Shown here in pieces: positions 41,751 through 50,617 of a stretch of 64,000 nucleotides of DNA. This DNA is from Acidaminococcaceae bacterium (GTDB lineage: Bacteria > Bacillota > Negativicutes > Acidaminococcales > Acidaminococcaceae). The stretch spans positions 14,096 to 78,095 of the forward strand of contig DAIQMR010000007.1 in NCBI GenBank assembly GCA_036788835.1, given 5' to 3'. Below the pieces are notes generated by a model. It was given only the letters and a program-made list of their open reading frames with translations. It did no database searches and was not told the origin of the DNA. Position 1 is the stretch's first letter. Every line of letters starts with the position of its first letter. The translations under genes were made by a program, and so were the position numbers.

Positions 41751-43137
41751 AGATTATAAAACAATTCGCGAAGTAGTAGGCCCTCTGATGATGGTAGACC
41801 ACGTAGAAGGTGTCAAATATGATGAACTGGTAGAAATTTACCAGGCTAACGGAGAAACCCGTAGCGGCAAGGTTTTAACCGTAGACGGGGATAAGGCTCT
41901 GGTTCAGCTTTTCGAAAGCTCTCAGGGTTTAAAGATTGATGACTCCAAGGCTCGTTTCCTGGGCCATGGTATTCAATTAGGCGTATCTCCTGCTATGCTG
42001 GGCCGTGTGTTTGATGGTATGGGCCGTCCTAAGGACGGTGGCGCTCCCATTATTTCCGAGGAATACAAGGACATTAACGGTGTACCTATGAACCCTGCAG
42101 CCCGGGACTATCCTGCCGAATTTATTCAAACCGGCGTTAGCGCTATTGACGGACTGAACACATTGGTACGTGGACAGAAGCTTCCCGTGTTTTCAGGAAG
42201 CGGTTTGCCCCATGCTCAGTTAGCTGCTCAGATTGCCCGTCAGGCCAAGGTGCTGGGCACCGGCGAAGGTTTCGCCGTTGTCTTTGCTGCCGTAGGTATT
42301 ACCTTCGAAGAAGCTAACTTCTTCATGAACGACTTTAACAGAACCGGTGCCTTGGAACGTGCCGTAGTGTTCATCAACCTGGCCAATGACCCGGCTGTTG
42401 AGCGTATCGCTACACCTCGTATGGCTATTACCGCTGCTGAATATTTAGCTTTCGAACTGGACATGCACGTTTTGGTTATTATCACTGATATTACCAACTA
42501 CGCCGATGCCCTTCGTGAAATTTCCGCAGCTCGTAAAGAAGTGCCAGGTCGTCGTGGTTACCCCGGTTATCTGTACACCGACTTGGCAACTATGTACGAA
42601 AGAGCCGGACGTATCAGAAACAAAAAAGGTTCAATTACCATGATACCTATCCTGTCTATGCCGGAAGATGATAAGACCCATCCAATTCCTGACTTAACAG
42701 GCTATATTACGGAAGGTCAGATTATCCTGTCTCGTGAACTGTACAGAAAAGGACTGACGCCTCCTATTGACGTACTGCCTTCTCTGTCTCGTTTGAAAGA
42801 TAAGGGCGTTGGTAAAGGCAAGACCCGTGAAGATCATGCAGATACTATGAATCAGCTCTTCGCCGCTTATTCCCGTGGTAAACAGGCTAAAGAATTGGCT
42901 ACCATCTTGGGTGATGCTGCCTTGAGCAAGGTTGATAAACTATATGCTCAATTCTCTGATGAATTCGAGAAGCAATACGTTTCTCAGGGTTATAACACCA
43001 ACCGTTCTATTGAGGACACTTTGAACCTAGGTTGGAAACTGCTGGGTATTCTGCCCCGCAGCGAACTGAAACGTATCCGCGACGAATATCTGGATAAGTA
43101 TTACAAACCGGCCAACGGTACTACCGAGGGGGAATAA
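41743..43137 (+). CDS. ntpB: V-type ATPase subunit B
   Basis: [18 protein letters not shown]... ATG 41743 overlaps the ntpA stop codon. Confidence 0.96.
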   Translation: MRKDYKTIREVVGPLMMVDHVEGVKYDELVEIYQANGETRSGKVLTVDGDKALVQLFESSQGLKIDDSKARFLGHGIQLGVSPAMLGRVFDGMGRPKDGGAPIISEEYKDINGVPMNPAARDYPAEFIQTGVSAIDGLNTLVRGQKLPVFSGSGLPHAQLAAQIARQAKVLGTGEGFAVVFAAVGITFEEANFFMNDFNRTGALERAVVFINLANDPAVERIATPRMAITAAEYLAFELDMHVLVIITDITNYADALREISAARKEVPGRRGYPGYLYTDLATMYERAGRIRNKKGSITMIPILSMPEDDKTHPIPDLTGYITEGQIILSRELYRKGLTPPIDVLPSLSRLKDKGVGKGKTREDHADTMNQLFAAYSRGKQAKELATILGDAALSKVDKLYAQFSDEFEKQYVSQGYNTNRSIEDTLNLGWKLLGILPRSELKRIRDEYLDKYYKPANGTTEGE

Positions 43138-43140
43138 CCC

Positions 43141-43782
43141 ATGGCAACTAATGTAAACCCTACACGTATGGAGCTGACCAGGCTGAAAAACAGGCTGGCT
43201 ACGGCTGTTAGGGGGCATAAGCTTTTAAAGGATAAGCGGGATGAAATGGTCCGTCAGTTTATGATTTACATCAGGCGGAACAATGAACTGCGGCAAAAAA
43301 TGGAAGCGCACCTTTTGGAAGTGTCGAAAAACTTCATTAAGGCCAGAGCAGAAATGGGCTATCTCAGCATGAGCGAAGCTCTGCTATATCCTGCTCGCAG
43401 CGCGGAGTTTGAAGTGGGCGAGAAAAACGTTATGAGTGTGGATGTACCGACTATCACTTATACGGGAGCCACAGAAGAGGAAACCACGGAAGTCCCCTAT
43501 GCTTTTGCCTTTACTTCCAGTTATCTGGATAGCTCTGTGATGGATTTAACTAAATACCTACCGGAGCTTTTGGAATTGGCAGAAGTGGAAAAAACCTGTA
43601 ATATGCTGGCGGATGAAATCGAAAAGACCCGCCGCAGAGTTAATGCCCTGGAATATGTTATGATTCCGGAAATGCAGACCAGCATTAAATTCATCACAAT
43701 GAAATTGGCGGAGAATGATCGTGCCAGCACGGTACGGTTAATGAAGGCCAAGGAAATGATGAACAAAGAACAGGAACAATAA
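43141..43782 (+). CDS. ntpD: V-type ATPase subunit D
   Basis: 213 aa with NPTRMELTRLKNRLATAVRGHKLLKDKRDE. Confidence 0.93.
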   Translation: MATNVNPTRMELTRLKNRLATAVRGHKLLKDKRDEMVRQFMIYIRRNNELRQKMEAHLLEVSKNFIKARAEMGYLSMSEALLYPARSAEFEVGEKNVMSVDVPTITYTGATEEETTEVPYAFAFTSSYLDSSVMDLTKYLPELLELAEVEKTCNMLADEIEKTRRRVNALEYVMIPEMQTSIKFITMKLAENDRASTVRLMKAKEMMNKEQEQ

Positions 43783-43809
43783 AAAAGCGCCGCTACGCGG
43801 CGCTTTTTT
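43781..43809 (+). terminator. Intrinsic terminator after the ntp operon
   Basis: aaaaaagcgccgc-tac-gcggcgctttttt. Confidence 0.9.
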
Positions 43810-43826
43810 CCGAGGAGCGTGAGATT

Positions 43827-44552
43827 ATGGTTGAAGCTAATATTGCTAAATTCGTAGAGATGGTCAAAGGGTCGGATAATATAGTCTTCTTCGGCGGGGC
43901 CGGGGTTTCTACGGAAAGCGGGATTCCTGATTTTCGTAGCGTAGATGGGCTCTATAACCAAAAATATAAATATCCCCCAGAAACGATTTTAAGTCATACT
44001 TTTTTTGAAGAGAACACAGAAGAATTTTATAAATTTTATCATGATAAAATGTTGTGCCTGACAGCGAAGCCTAATGCTGCCCATTTAAAATTGGCAGAAC
44101 TGGAAAAAGAGGGCAAGCTGAAAGCTATTGTTACCCAAAACATCGATGGGCTCCATCAGGCCGCCGGCAGCAAAAACGTACTGGAACTGCACGGCAGTGT
44201 TCACAGAAATTACTGTACTAAGTGCCATAAATTTTTCGATGCCAGATATATGAAGGATCATGAGGGCATACCACATTGCGATAAGTGCGGGGGCCTGATT
44301 AAACCGGATGTGGTGCTTTACGAAGAAGGTTTGGATTATGGCATTCTGGAAGCGGCTACTCAGTTTATTGCCGATGCTGATATGCTGATTATTGGGGGAA
44401 CCTCCCTGGTAGTGTATCCGGCTGCCGGATTAGTACAGTATTACAGAGGCCACAAGTTGGTAGTTATTAACAAAGGTGCTACGGGCATGGATGCCAGCGC
44501 AGATCTGGTGATTCCGGCTCCTATCGGTCAAGTGATGAGTGCTATAAAATAG
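43827..44552 (+). CDS. cobB: NAD-dependent protein deacylase (Sir2 family)
   Basis: GAGVSTESGIPDFRS, QNIDGLH, and the zinc cysteines CTKC...CDKCGG. Confidence 0.92.
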   Translation: MVEANIAKFVEMVKGSDNIVFFGGAGVSTESGIPDFRSVDGLYNQKYKYPPETILSHTFFEENTEEFYKFYHDKMLCLTAKPNAAHLKLAELEKEGKLKAIVTQNIDGLHQAAGSKNVLELHGSVHRNYCTKCHKFFDARYMKDHEGIPHCDKCGGLIKPDVVLYEEGLDYGILEAATQFIADADMLIIGGTSLVVYPAAGLVQYYRGHKLVVINKGATGMDASADLVIPAPIGQVMSAIK

Positions 44553-44646
44553 CTAAAAAGCAGTAAATAGTCAGTAAAAACTGTAAATAAACAGCCATTT
44601 GTGCTATAATAGCAGGCATAAAGTTAATTTTTATGGGGGTATTACT

Positions 44647-45918
44647 ATGTTAGACATGAAATTTGTCAGAGAAAATGTGGATAAAGTCGTCCAAGCCATG
44701 AAAAATCGTAACATGGACAGGAATCTGGATGATTTCGTGGAGCTGGAAAAAAGGCGTCGTGAACTGTTGCAAGTTGTGGAAGCAGACAAGAGTGAACGTA
44801 ACAGTGCCAGCCAGGAAATCAGCAAAATGAAAAAAGCCGGGGAAAACGCCGACGAGAAAATTGCTGCCATGCGTGCTTTGGGCGATAAAATTGCCGTTGA
44901 TGACAAAGAACTGAAAACAGTTGAAGATAAGCTCCAAGCCATTATGTACGAAATTCCCAATATGCCGGCGGAAGATGTGCCCATCGGCACCAGTGACGTG
45001 GACAATCCGGTAGTTCGTACCTGGATGGAACCGACTAAATTTGACTTTGAACCGAAGGCTCATTGGGACATTGGTGAAGGCCTGAATATTTTGGATTTTG
45101 AAAGAGCGGCCAAGGTTTCCGGCGCTCGTTTCACTTTCTACAGAGGACTGGGTTCCAGACTGGAACGCAGTGTCTATAACTTCATGTTGGATACTCATAC
45201 TGCCAAACACGGCTACACAGAAATATTCCCTCCCTATATCGTTAACAGAGCCAGCATGGTGGGTACCGGCCAATTGCCTAAGTTCGCAGAGGACATGTTC
45301 AAAGTAGAAAATCAGGATATGTACCTGATTCCTACGGCGGAAGTACCTGTCACCAATTACCACAGAAGCGAGATTTTAAATGGCGATGATTTGCCTATTA
45401 AATACTGTGCTTACAGCGCTTGCTTCAGAGCTGAAGCCGGTAGTGCCGGTCGTGATACCCGCGGCCTGATTCGCCAGCACCAATTCAACAAGGTTGAACT
45501 GGTCAAATTTACCAAGCCGGAAGAATCCTGGACTGAGTTGGATAAATTAACCAATGATGCAGAAGATATTTTGAAACTCTTGAAGCTTCCTTACCACGTA
45601 GTGCGCTTGTGCACCGGGGATTTGGGCTTTAGCTCTGCCACTACTTATGACTTGGAAGTATGGCTGCCGGCGTCCAATTGCTACAGGGAAATTTCTTCCT
45701 GTTCCAATTTCTTGGATTTCCAGGCTCGTCGTGCTGATATTAAATTCCGTCGAACTCCTAAGTCTAAACCAGAATACGTACACACGCTAAACGGTTCAGG
45801 CTTGGCCGTTGGGCGTACGGTTTCTGCTATTTTGGAAAACTACCAGCAAGCAGACGGCAGCGTAATCGTGCCGGAAGTTTTGCGTCCCTACATGGGTTGC
45901 GACGTAATTAAGAAATAA
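44647..45918 (+). CDS. serS: Seryl-tRNA synthetase
   Basis: [12 protein letters not shown]..., an N-terminal coiled coil and class II motifs ([29 protein letters not shown]). ATG 44647 was chosen within the longer ORF. Confidence 0.95.
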   Translation: MLDMKFVRENVDKVVQAMKNRNMDRNLDDFVELEKRRRELLQVVEADKSERNSASQEISKMKKAGENADEKIAAMRALGDKIAVDDKELKTVEDKLQAIMYEIPNMPAEDVPIGTSDVDNPVVRTWMEPTKFDFEPKAHWDIGEGLNILDFERAAKVSGARFTFYRGLGSRLERSVYNFMLDTHTAKHGYTEIFPPYIVNRASMVGTGQLPKFAEDMFKVENQDMYLIPTAEVPVTNYHRSEILNGDDLPIKYCAYSACFRAEAGSAGRDTRGLIRQHQFNKVELVKFTKPEESWTELDKLTNDAEDILKLLKLPYHVVRLCTGDLGFSSATTYDLEVWLPASNCYREISSCSNFLDFQARRADIKFRRTPKSKPEYVHTLNGSGLAVGRTVSAILENYQQADGSVIVPEVLRPYMGCDVIKK

Positions 45919-45921
45919 AAT

Positions 45922-45948
45922 AAAAGAGAGCGCCTAGCGCTCTCTTTT
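45922..45948 (+). terminator. Intrinsic terminator after serS
   Basis: Stem gagagcgc / gcgctctc followed by tttt. Confidence 0.8.
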
Positions 45949-46011
45949 AACATACAAGGTAAAGAAATATTAAAAACTGCAGCGAATTGCTGTACAGGGG
46001 GAGTTAAATTT

Positions 46012-47532
46012 ATGAAAGAATTGTTTGCTGCTATTAACAGCGTTTTGGCTTTTATAGGTCCTTTATCTGATTTCTTCTGGGATTTCCCTACGAATTTTGG
46101 CTGGTACAAAGCTATTCCCGTTATCGGGAACTTTTCCCTGGCTATTGTAGTGCTCATGGGTTCAGGTTTGTATTTCAGTTTTAAAATCGGCTTTATGCAA
46201 TTTACTTATTTAGGACGGGGCTTGAAAATTTTAACTCAGCGCAAACACGTGGAAACCGGTATTTCGCCATTGGCAGCCTTTTTCCTGAGTACAGCTATGC
46301 GAGTTGGACCGGGGAATATTCTGGGTGTTACAGGTGCTATCGCCGTAGGCGGGCCGGGTGCCTTATTCTGGATGTGGACATCAGCCTTCTTTGGTATGGC
46401 TACTGCCTATATGGAAAGTGTTCTGGCACAGATTTTCAAAGAGAAAAAAGACGATGAGTATGTAGGCGGTCTGCCTTTCTATGGACGCAAGCTTTTAGGA
46501 AACAGCGTTTCCGTAGGGGTGGCCTTATCTTGCATCTATATTCTGTACGCTATGTTCTGCCTGCCGGCTCAGGGCTTTAACGTAGTTTCGTCTATCGGTG
46601 CTATGGGTGAGATTCTGACGGGCAGTAAGATTCCCACTGTTTCTACTTTTTACTATGTGACGGCTGCTGCCGTTTTGCTCTTCACGGCAGTTATTGCTTT
46701 TGGTGGTATCAAAAAAGTTACGGCTGTTACGGACAAGATGGTACCTGTTATGGCCGTGGTGTATGTTATTACTGTTATCGTCCTGATTGTCGTTAACGCC
46801 GGAACAGTGCCCTATTTCTTCCATGCGGTATTTACGGGAGCCTTTACCCCGGAAGCTGTCTTTGGGGGTATTTTTGGTACCGCTTTGGTACAGGGTGTAA
46901 AGCGTGGTCTAATGAGCAACGAAGCCGGTCAAGGTACCATTACAATGAGTGCGGCTTCTGCTGATGCGGATCATCCCTGTGACCAGGGGTTGGTTGCCGC
47001 TATCGGTGTTTGGCTGGATACCATAGTTATTTGCACAATGACTGGGTTTATTGTGGTTATGGCTCATTACTGGCATGTGGATCCGGCAGCCTGGAAAGCA
47101 GCAGGGAAGCTGCCCAAGTTCTTATTATCAGTTGCAGAGCTGACACCGGGTACCGATTTTAATGCCATCGTTACCTTCCTACTGACCTTGTGCTTCTGTC
47201 TTTTTGCTTATACTTGTTTAATCGGCATGATTTCTTTCTCGGAAATTGCCGCTAACCGTATCAGCAGAAGTCAGTCCTTTATTAATGGCATTCGCTGTCT
47301 GGGAATTTTCGTAGCGGCTTTTGGTATTTTGGTTAATATCGGCGGTTATGATTTAGGCAATTTGTGGGCATTCTCTGATTTTGCCAATATCGTTATCGTG
47401 TATTGCAATATACCTATTTTGTACATTGGCGCTAAATACGTGTATAAAGCCACGGAACAATACAAGAACCACCCGGGCGAAAAATTCACAGGCGATATTA
47501 TTGGATTGGATGTAGAATGCTGGAAAAAATAG
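46012..47532 (+). CDS. Alanine/glycine:cation symporter (AGCS family)
   Basis: 506 aa, polytopic, with GPGALFWMW and GLMSNEAGQG. Confidence 0.88.
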   Translation: MKELFAAINSVLAFIGPLSDFFWDFPTNFGWYKAIPVIGNFSLAIVVLMGSGLYFSFKIGFMQFTYLGRGLKILTQRKHVETGISPLAAFFLSTAMRVGPGNILGVTGAIAVGGPGALFWMWTSAFFGMATAYMESVLAQIFKEKKDDEYVGGLPFYGRKLLGNSVSVGVALSCIYILYAMFCLPAQGFNVVSSIGAMGEILTGSKIPTVSTFYYVTAAAVLLFTAVIAFGGIKKVTAVTDKMVPVMAVVYVITVIVLIVVNAGTVPYFFHAVFTGAFTPEAVFGGIFGTALVQGVKRGLMSNEAGQGTITMSAASADADHPCDQGLVAAIGVWLDTIVICTMTGFIVVMAHYWHVDPAAWKAAGKLPKFLLSVAELTPGTDFNAIVTFLLTLCFCLFAYTCLIGMISFSEIAANRISRSQSFINGIRCLGIFVAAFGILVNIGGYDLGNLWAFSDFANIVIVYCNIPILYIGAKYVYKATEQYKNHPGEKFTGDIIGLDVECWKK

Positions 47533-47594
47533 AATTTCAAACAAAACAATAAATATTTAATCATTGAAAACTAATATTTATTCATAAAATAAAA

Positions 47595-47626
47595 GGCCAC
47601 TGCTATATATTGTAGTGACCTTTTTT
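47595..47626 (+). terminator. Intrinsic terminator
   Basis: Stem ggccactgc / gtagtgacc (1 mismatch) followed by tttttt. Confidence 0.7.
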
Positions 47627-47710
47627 ATAAAAACGTTTCAAATCTCTTATTTTCGTCCAAAATCTATTCTATACGCCCAATATCGTGTAAATGAGAAAAA
47701 ATTCAGTTTT

Positions 47711-47760
47711 TCCTTTTAAGTCCTCAAAAGTCCTCAATTTTCCTCAATTTTCCTCTTGCA
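47711..47760. repeat. Five tandem 10-bp units in exact helical phase (TCCTCAAnnn)
   Basis: The units are tccttttaag, tcctcaaaag, tcctcaattt, tcctcaattt and tcctcttgca, starting at 47711, 47721, 47731, 47741 and 47751. Confidence 0.85.
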
Positions 47761-47783
47761 CTTTCTGCGTTTAAGTGTATAAT
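47756..47783 (+). promoter_or_regulatory. Candidate promoter of the decarboxylase gene
   Basis: TTGCAC (47756-47761), a 16-nt spacer, then TATAAT (47778-47783). Confidence 0.5.
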
Positions 47784-47842
47784 AAACTACGACAAAGAAC
47801 AGAGAGCGATTGTGTAATTTACACATGCAAAGGGGGATGGAT

Positions 47843-49012
47843 ATGAAAAAACAAAGATATTTTCAGCTGACTCAGGATGTTGTGACAAAGCTGGCGGAAA
47901 ATTATGGAACTCCTTTATTGGTGTTGTCTTTAGAACAAATTGAAAAGAATTATAATTTTTTTAGGGAAAATCTTCCCCAAGTAAAAATACATTATGCTAT
48001 GAAGGCCAATCCGGATTTACGGATTCTGGAAACCTTGGCAGAAATGGGTTCTTGTTTTGATGTAGCCAGTGACGGCGAAATCAGGACATTGGCAGAGCTG
48101 GGTATTAGCGGGGACAGAATGATTTATGCTAATCCTGTTAAAACCGGCTCCGGACTTCAAGCCTGCAATGACAGCGGTGTTTACAGAATGACCTTCGATA
48201 GCGAAGCGGAAATCAAAAAAATTGCAGCCACCTGTCCGGGGGCTACAGTCTTATTGCGCTTGCGCATTGATAATGCCAAGGCTCATGTAGATTTAAATAA
48301 AAAATTCGGGGCACCTGCGGACAGAGCTTTGAGCCTGCTGAAAGCGGCTAAAGATGCCGGACTAGATGCAGCGGGCATTGCTTTTCATGTAGGTAGTCAG
48401 ACTGTACTGGCAGACCCGTATTTGGAAGCACTTGATTTAGTTCGTAAGATTTACGAGGAAGGCGCCAAAGAAGGACTGAAATTCCGGGTTCTGGATATCG
48501 GCGGCGGCTGGCCTATTCCTGAACCGAGAGTACGCTTTAATCTGACGGAAATGATGGCTCAGGTAAAGGCTCGTCTGTATGAGGACTTCTCCGGCGTGGA
48601 AATCTGGGCAGAACCGGGCCGCTATATGTGCGGTACGGCAGTGAACCTGATTACCAGTGTTATTGGTATTAACGAAAGAAATGGTCAGACCTGGTACTTC
48701 TTGGACGATGGTATTTACGGTTCCTTCTCCGGAGTTATTTTTGACCAATGGGATTTTAAATTAATCAGCTTTAAGAACAGCGGGAAAAAGCATCAGGCAA
48801 CCTTTGCTGGCCCCAGCTGCGACTCTTTGGACATTATGTTCAGGGGCAAGATGACCGAGCCTCTTGATATCGGGGATTTGCTGCTGGTACCTTTGTGCGG
48901 AGCCTATACTTCGGCTTCTGCTACAACCTTCAACGGCTTCCACAAGGCCAAGATAGTAGTATGGGAAGAGGTAAGAGAGCAGTTAGGGTTAAGATTGGCT
49001 AAGGCAGTCTAA
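47843..49012 (+). CDS. ldc: Group IV PLP-dependent lysine/ornithine decarboxylase (eukaryotic-ODC-like, Selenomonas type)
   Basis: HYAMKANP (PLP Lys), IYANPVK, FHVGSQ, DIGGGWP, EPGRYMCG, GPSCDSLD and TTFNGF. ATG 47843 lies 6 nt after GGGGG. Confidence 0.85.
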   Translation: MKKQRYFQLTQDVVTKLAENYGTPLLVLSLEQIEKNYNFFRENLPQVKIHYAMKANPDLRILETLAEMGSCFDVASDGEIRTLAELGISGDRMIYANPVKTGSGLQACNDSGVYRMTFDSEAEIKKIAATCPGATVLLRLRIDNAKAHVDLNKKFGAPADRALSLLKAAKDAGLDAAGIAFHVGSQTVLADPYLEALDLVRKIYEEGAKEGLKFRVLDIGGGWPIPEPRVRFNLTEMMAQVKARLYEDFSGVEIWAEPGRYMCGTAVNLITSVIGINERNGQTWYFLDDGIYGSFSGVIFDQWDFKLISFKNSGKKHQATFAGPSCDSLDIMFRGKMTEPLDIGDLLLVPLCGAYTSASATTFNGFHKAKIVVWEEVREQLGLRLAKAV

Positions 49013-49073
49013 ACGTATGAATATTAGCGTGATATTTTGTCAGAGATAGATATCTCGCATCTAATCTTCACAC

Positions 49074-50204
49074 TTAGCCTCTGTGTATTATGTTTTCGCC
49101 GAATTTTTTCTTAAGCGCATCGATAGCGTCGATGCGCTTTTTCTTTTTGGTGTTATCATCCAGCTCCAGGAGCAGTTCTCCTTCCGGAGCAATTTTCCCC
49201 AGGGAAACACCTAAGAGACGCACGGGACGTGACCATTTCACGCTGCCGGTTAACTGCTGAATAAAAGAAAAAATATCTTCGTCCAGACTAACAGGCACTT
49301 CTGTAGTAATGCTTCGGGTAATGGTTTTAAAATCATTGAATTTTACTTTTAATGTAACCGTATGACCGACCTTTTTGTTGAGCCTAATGCGCCAGCCAAC
49401 CTGTTGGCACAAGTCCCAGAGGGCGCTGTGGCGCTCATCTTCTGTGGCCAGGTCTGCCATAAAAGTATTTTCCTTGCCAATGGATTTTTGCTCCCAGTCA
49501 TTAATCACAGGGCGGTCATCCAAGCCCAGAGCCAACTGACGCAATTCCTCCGTGCTGTTACCCAACACCGGCAGTAGATAGGCACCGGGAGCAGCAGCCA
49601 GCTGTCCGATAGTAGTAATACCCAGGCGTTTCAGACCTTCTTGGGTTCGTTCACCTACTCCGAAAATTTTACTGACGGGCAGCGGAGCAATAAAAGCCGC
49701 TGCTTCTTCCTGATGAATAATGACCAAACCATCCGGTTTGTCTAAATCGCTGGCCAGTTTAGCCAGAAACTTATTGGGAGCTAATCCTACTGATGCGGTC
49801 AGCCCCACATCTTTTTTTATTCGTGCTTTTATTTTGGCACCGAGAGATTCTACGTCTCCCACTAACTTTTCCATACCGGACAAGTCCAGGAAAGCTTCGT
49901 CTATGGACAGGGGTTCCACACAAGGTGAGAACTCACGAAAAATAGCCATAATCTCAGAAGAAACCTCTTCATAGCGCCGGTGCCGGCCGGGAATAAAAAT
50001 CCCCTGGGGGCAGAGCAGATGAGCTTTCACTGTAGACATGGCCGAATGAACGCCAAATTTACGAGCTTCGTAAGAACAGGTAGATACTACGCCACGGGAG
50101 GAAAGACCGCCCACAATCAAGGGCTTACCTTGATATTCAGGATGATCCATTTGTTCTACGGATGCAAAAAAAGCATCCATATCCACATGCATAATCCAAC
50201 GCAT
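49074..50204 (-). CDS. dinB: DNA polymerase IV (Y family)
   Basis: IMHVDMDAFFASVEQ ... SIDEAFLD ... little-finger domain. RBS gaggagg. Confidence 0.93.
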   Translation of the reverse strand: MRWIMHVDMDAFFASVEQMDHPEYQGKPLIVGGLSSRGVVSTCSYEARKFGVHSAMSTVKAHLLCPQGIFIPGRHRRYEEVSSEIMAIFREFSPCVEPLSIDEAFLDLSGMEKLVGDVESLGAKIKARIKKDVGLTASVGLAPNKFLAKLASDLDKPDGLVIIHQEEAAAFIAPLPVSKIFGVGERTQEGLKRLGITTIGQLAAAPGAYLLPVLGNSTEELRQLALGLDDRPVINDWEQKSIGKENTFMADLATEDERHSALWDLCQQVGWRIRLNKKVGHTVTLKVKFNDFKTITRSITTEVPVSLDEDIFSFIQQLTGSVKWSRPVRLLGVSLGKIAPEGELLLELDDNTKKKKRIDAIDALKKKFGENIIHRG

Positions 50205-50215
50205 ACTTCCTCCTC

Positions 50216-50282
50216 TGTTACAAAAGGGACAGGTCCCTTTGTAACAATTTTTGTTACAAAAGCACCTGTCCCTTTTGTAACA
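50216..50282. promoter_or_regulatory. Two inverted 31-bp palindromic elements in the dinB 5' region
   Basis: tgttacaaaagggacaggtccctttgtaaca (50216-50246) and tgttacaaaagcacctgtcccttttgtaaca (50252-50282). The second is the reverse complement of the first apart from 3 nt. They provide four TGTTACA/TGTAACA half-sites. Confidence 0.6.
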
Positions 50283-50285
50283 CTT

Positions 50286-50600
50286 TTAGTATCTGATTCC
50301 CAATCTTTCCATTATGAGGACGGTAATGGTCCGCAAAAATTGCAGCTCTTTTTCGCTGTGACGTTTGTCGTCACTCATTTTGCCGAAGACTTCCAAAGCA
50401 GTTTTCAGCATTTTCTTCGTAATACCGTGCTGTTTTACCCCATGGACTTTCACGGAATTGCTGATGCCGGTCAGTACTGTCAGGGCTTCCCGCTTCCGGG
50501 TGCCGGTTAACTTGTCGTTATTCAAAACCTGATTGCGGATTACTATCTCCTGCTCAAAAAAATCTTTTTCATCTAATACTTTTGGTTCTTTCTCTACCAT
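50286..50600 (-). CDS. Hypothetical 104-aa protein
   Basis: An ORF with coding-like composition lying between ppx and dinB on the same strand. I recognise no motif. Confidence 0.5.
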   Translation of the reverse strand: MVEKEPKVLDEKDFFEQEIVIRNQVLNNDKLTGTRKREALTVLTGISNSVKVHGVKQHGITKKMLKTALEVFGKMSDDKRHSEKELQFLRTITVLIMERLGIRY

Positions 50601-50617
50601 AATTTATCTCCTTATGC

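Noticed and set aside
44553-44646. An expected T-box leader upstream of serS.
   Set aside because: The intergenic region is only ~95 nt with an extended -10 promoter (tgcTATAAT). There is no room for Stem I, a specifier or an antiterminator, and no T-box sequence is present.
47711-47760. The tandem repeats considered as a possible CRISPR array or minisatellite.
   Set aside because: The units are only 10 bp, there are no spacers and no cas genes. The array is better explained as a phased promoter-upstream element.
50205-50285. A canonical Firmicute LexA (Cheo) box upstream of dinB.
   Set aside because: No GAAC-N4-GTTC motif is present in the dinB upstream region. Only the TGTTACA palindromes are there, and they are reported as a finding.
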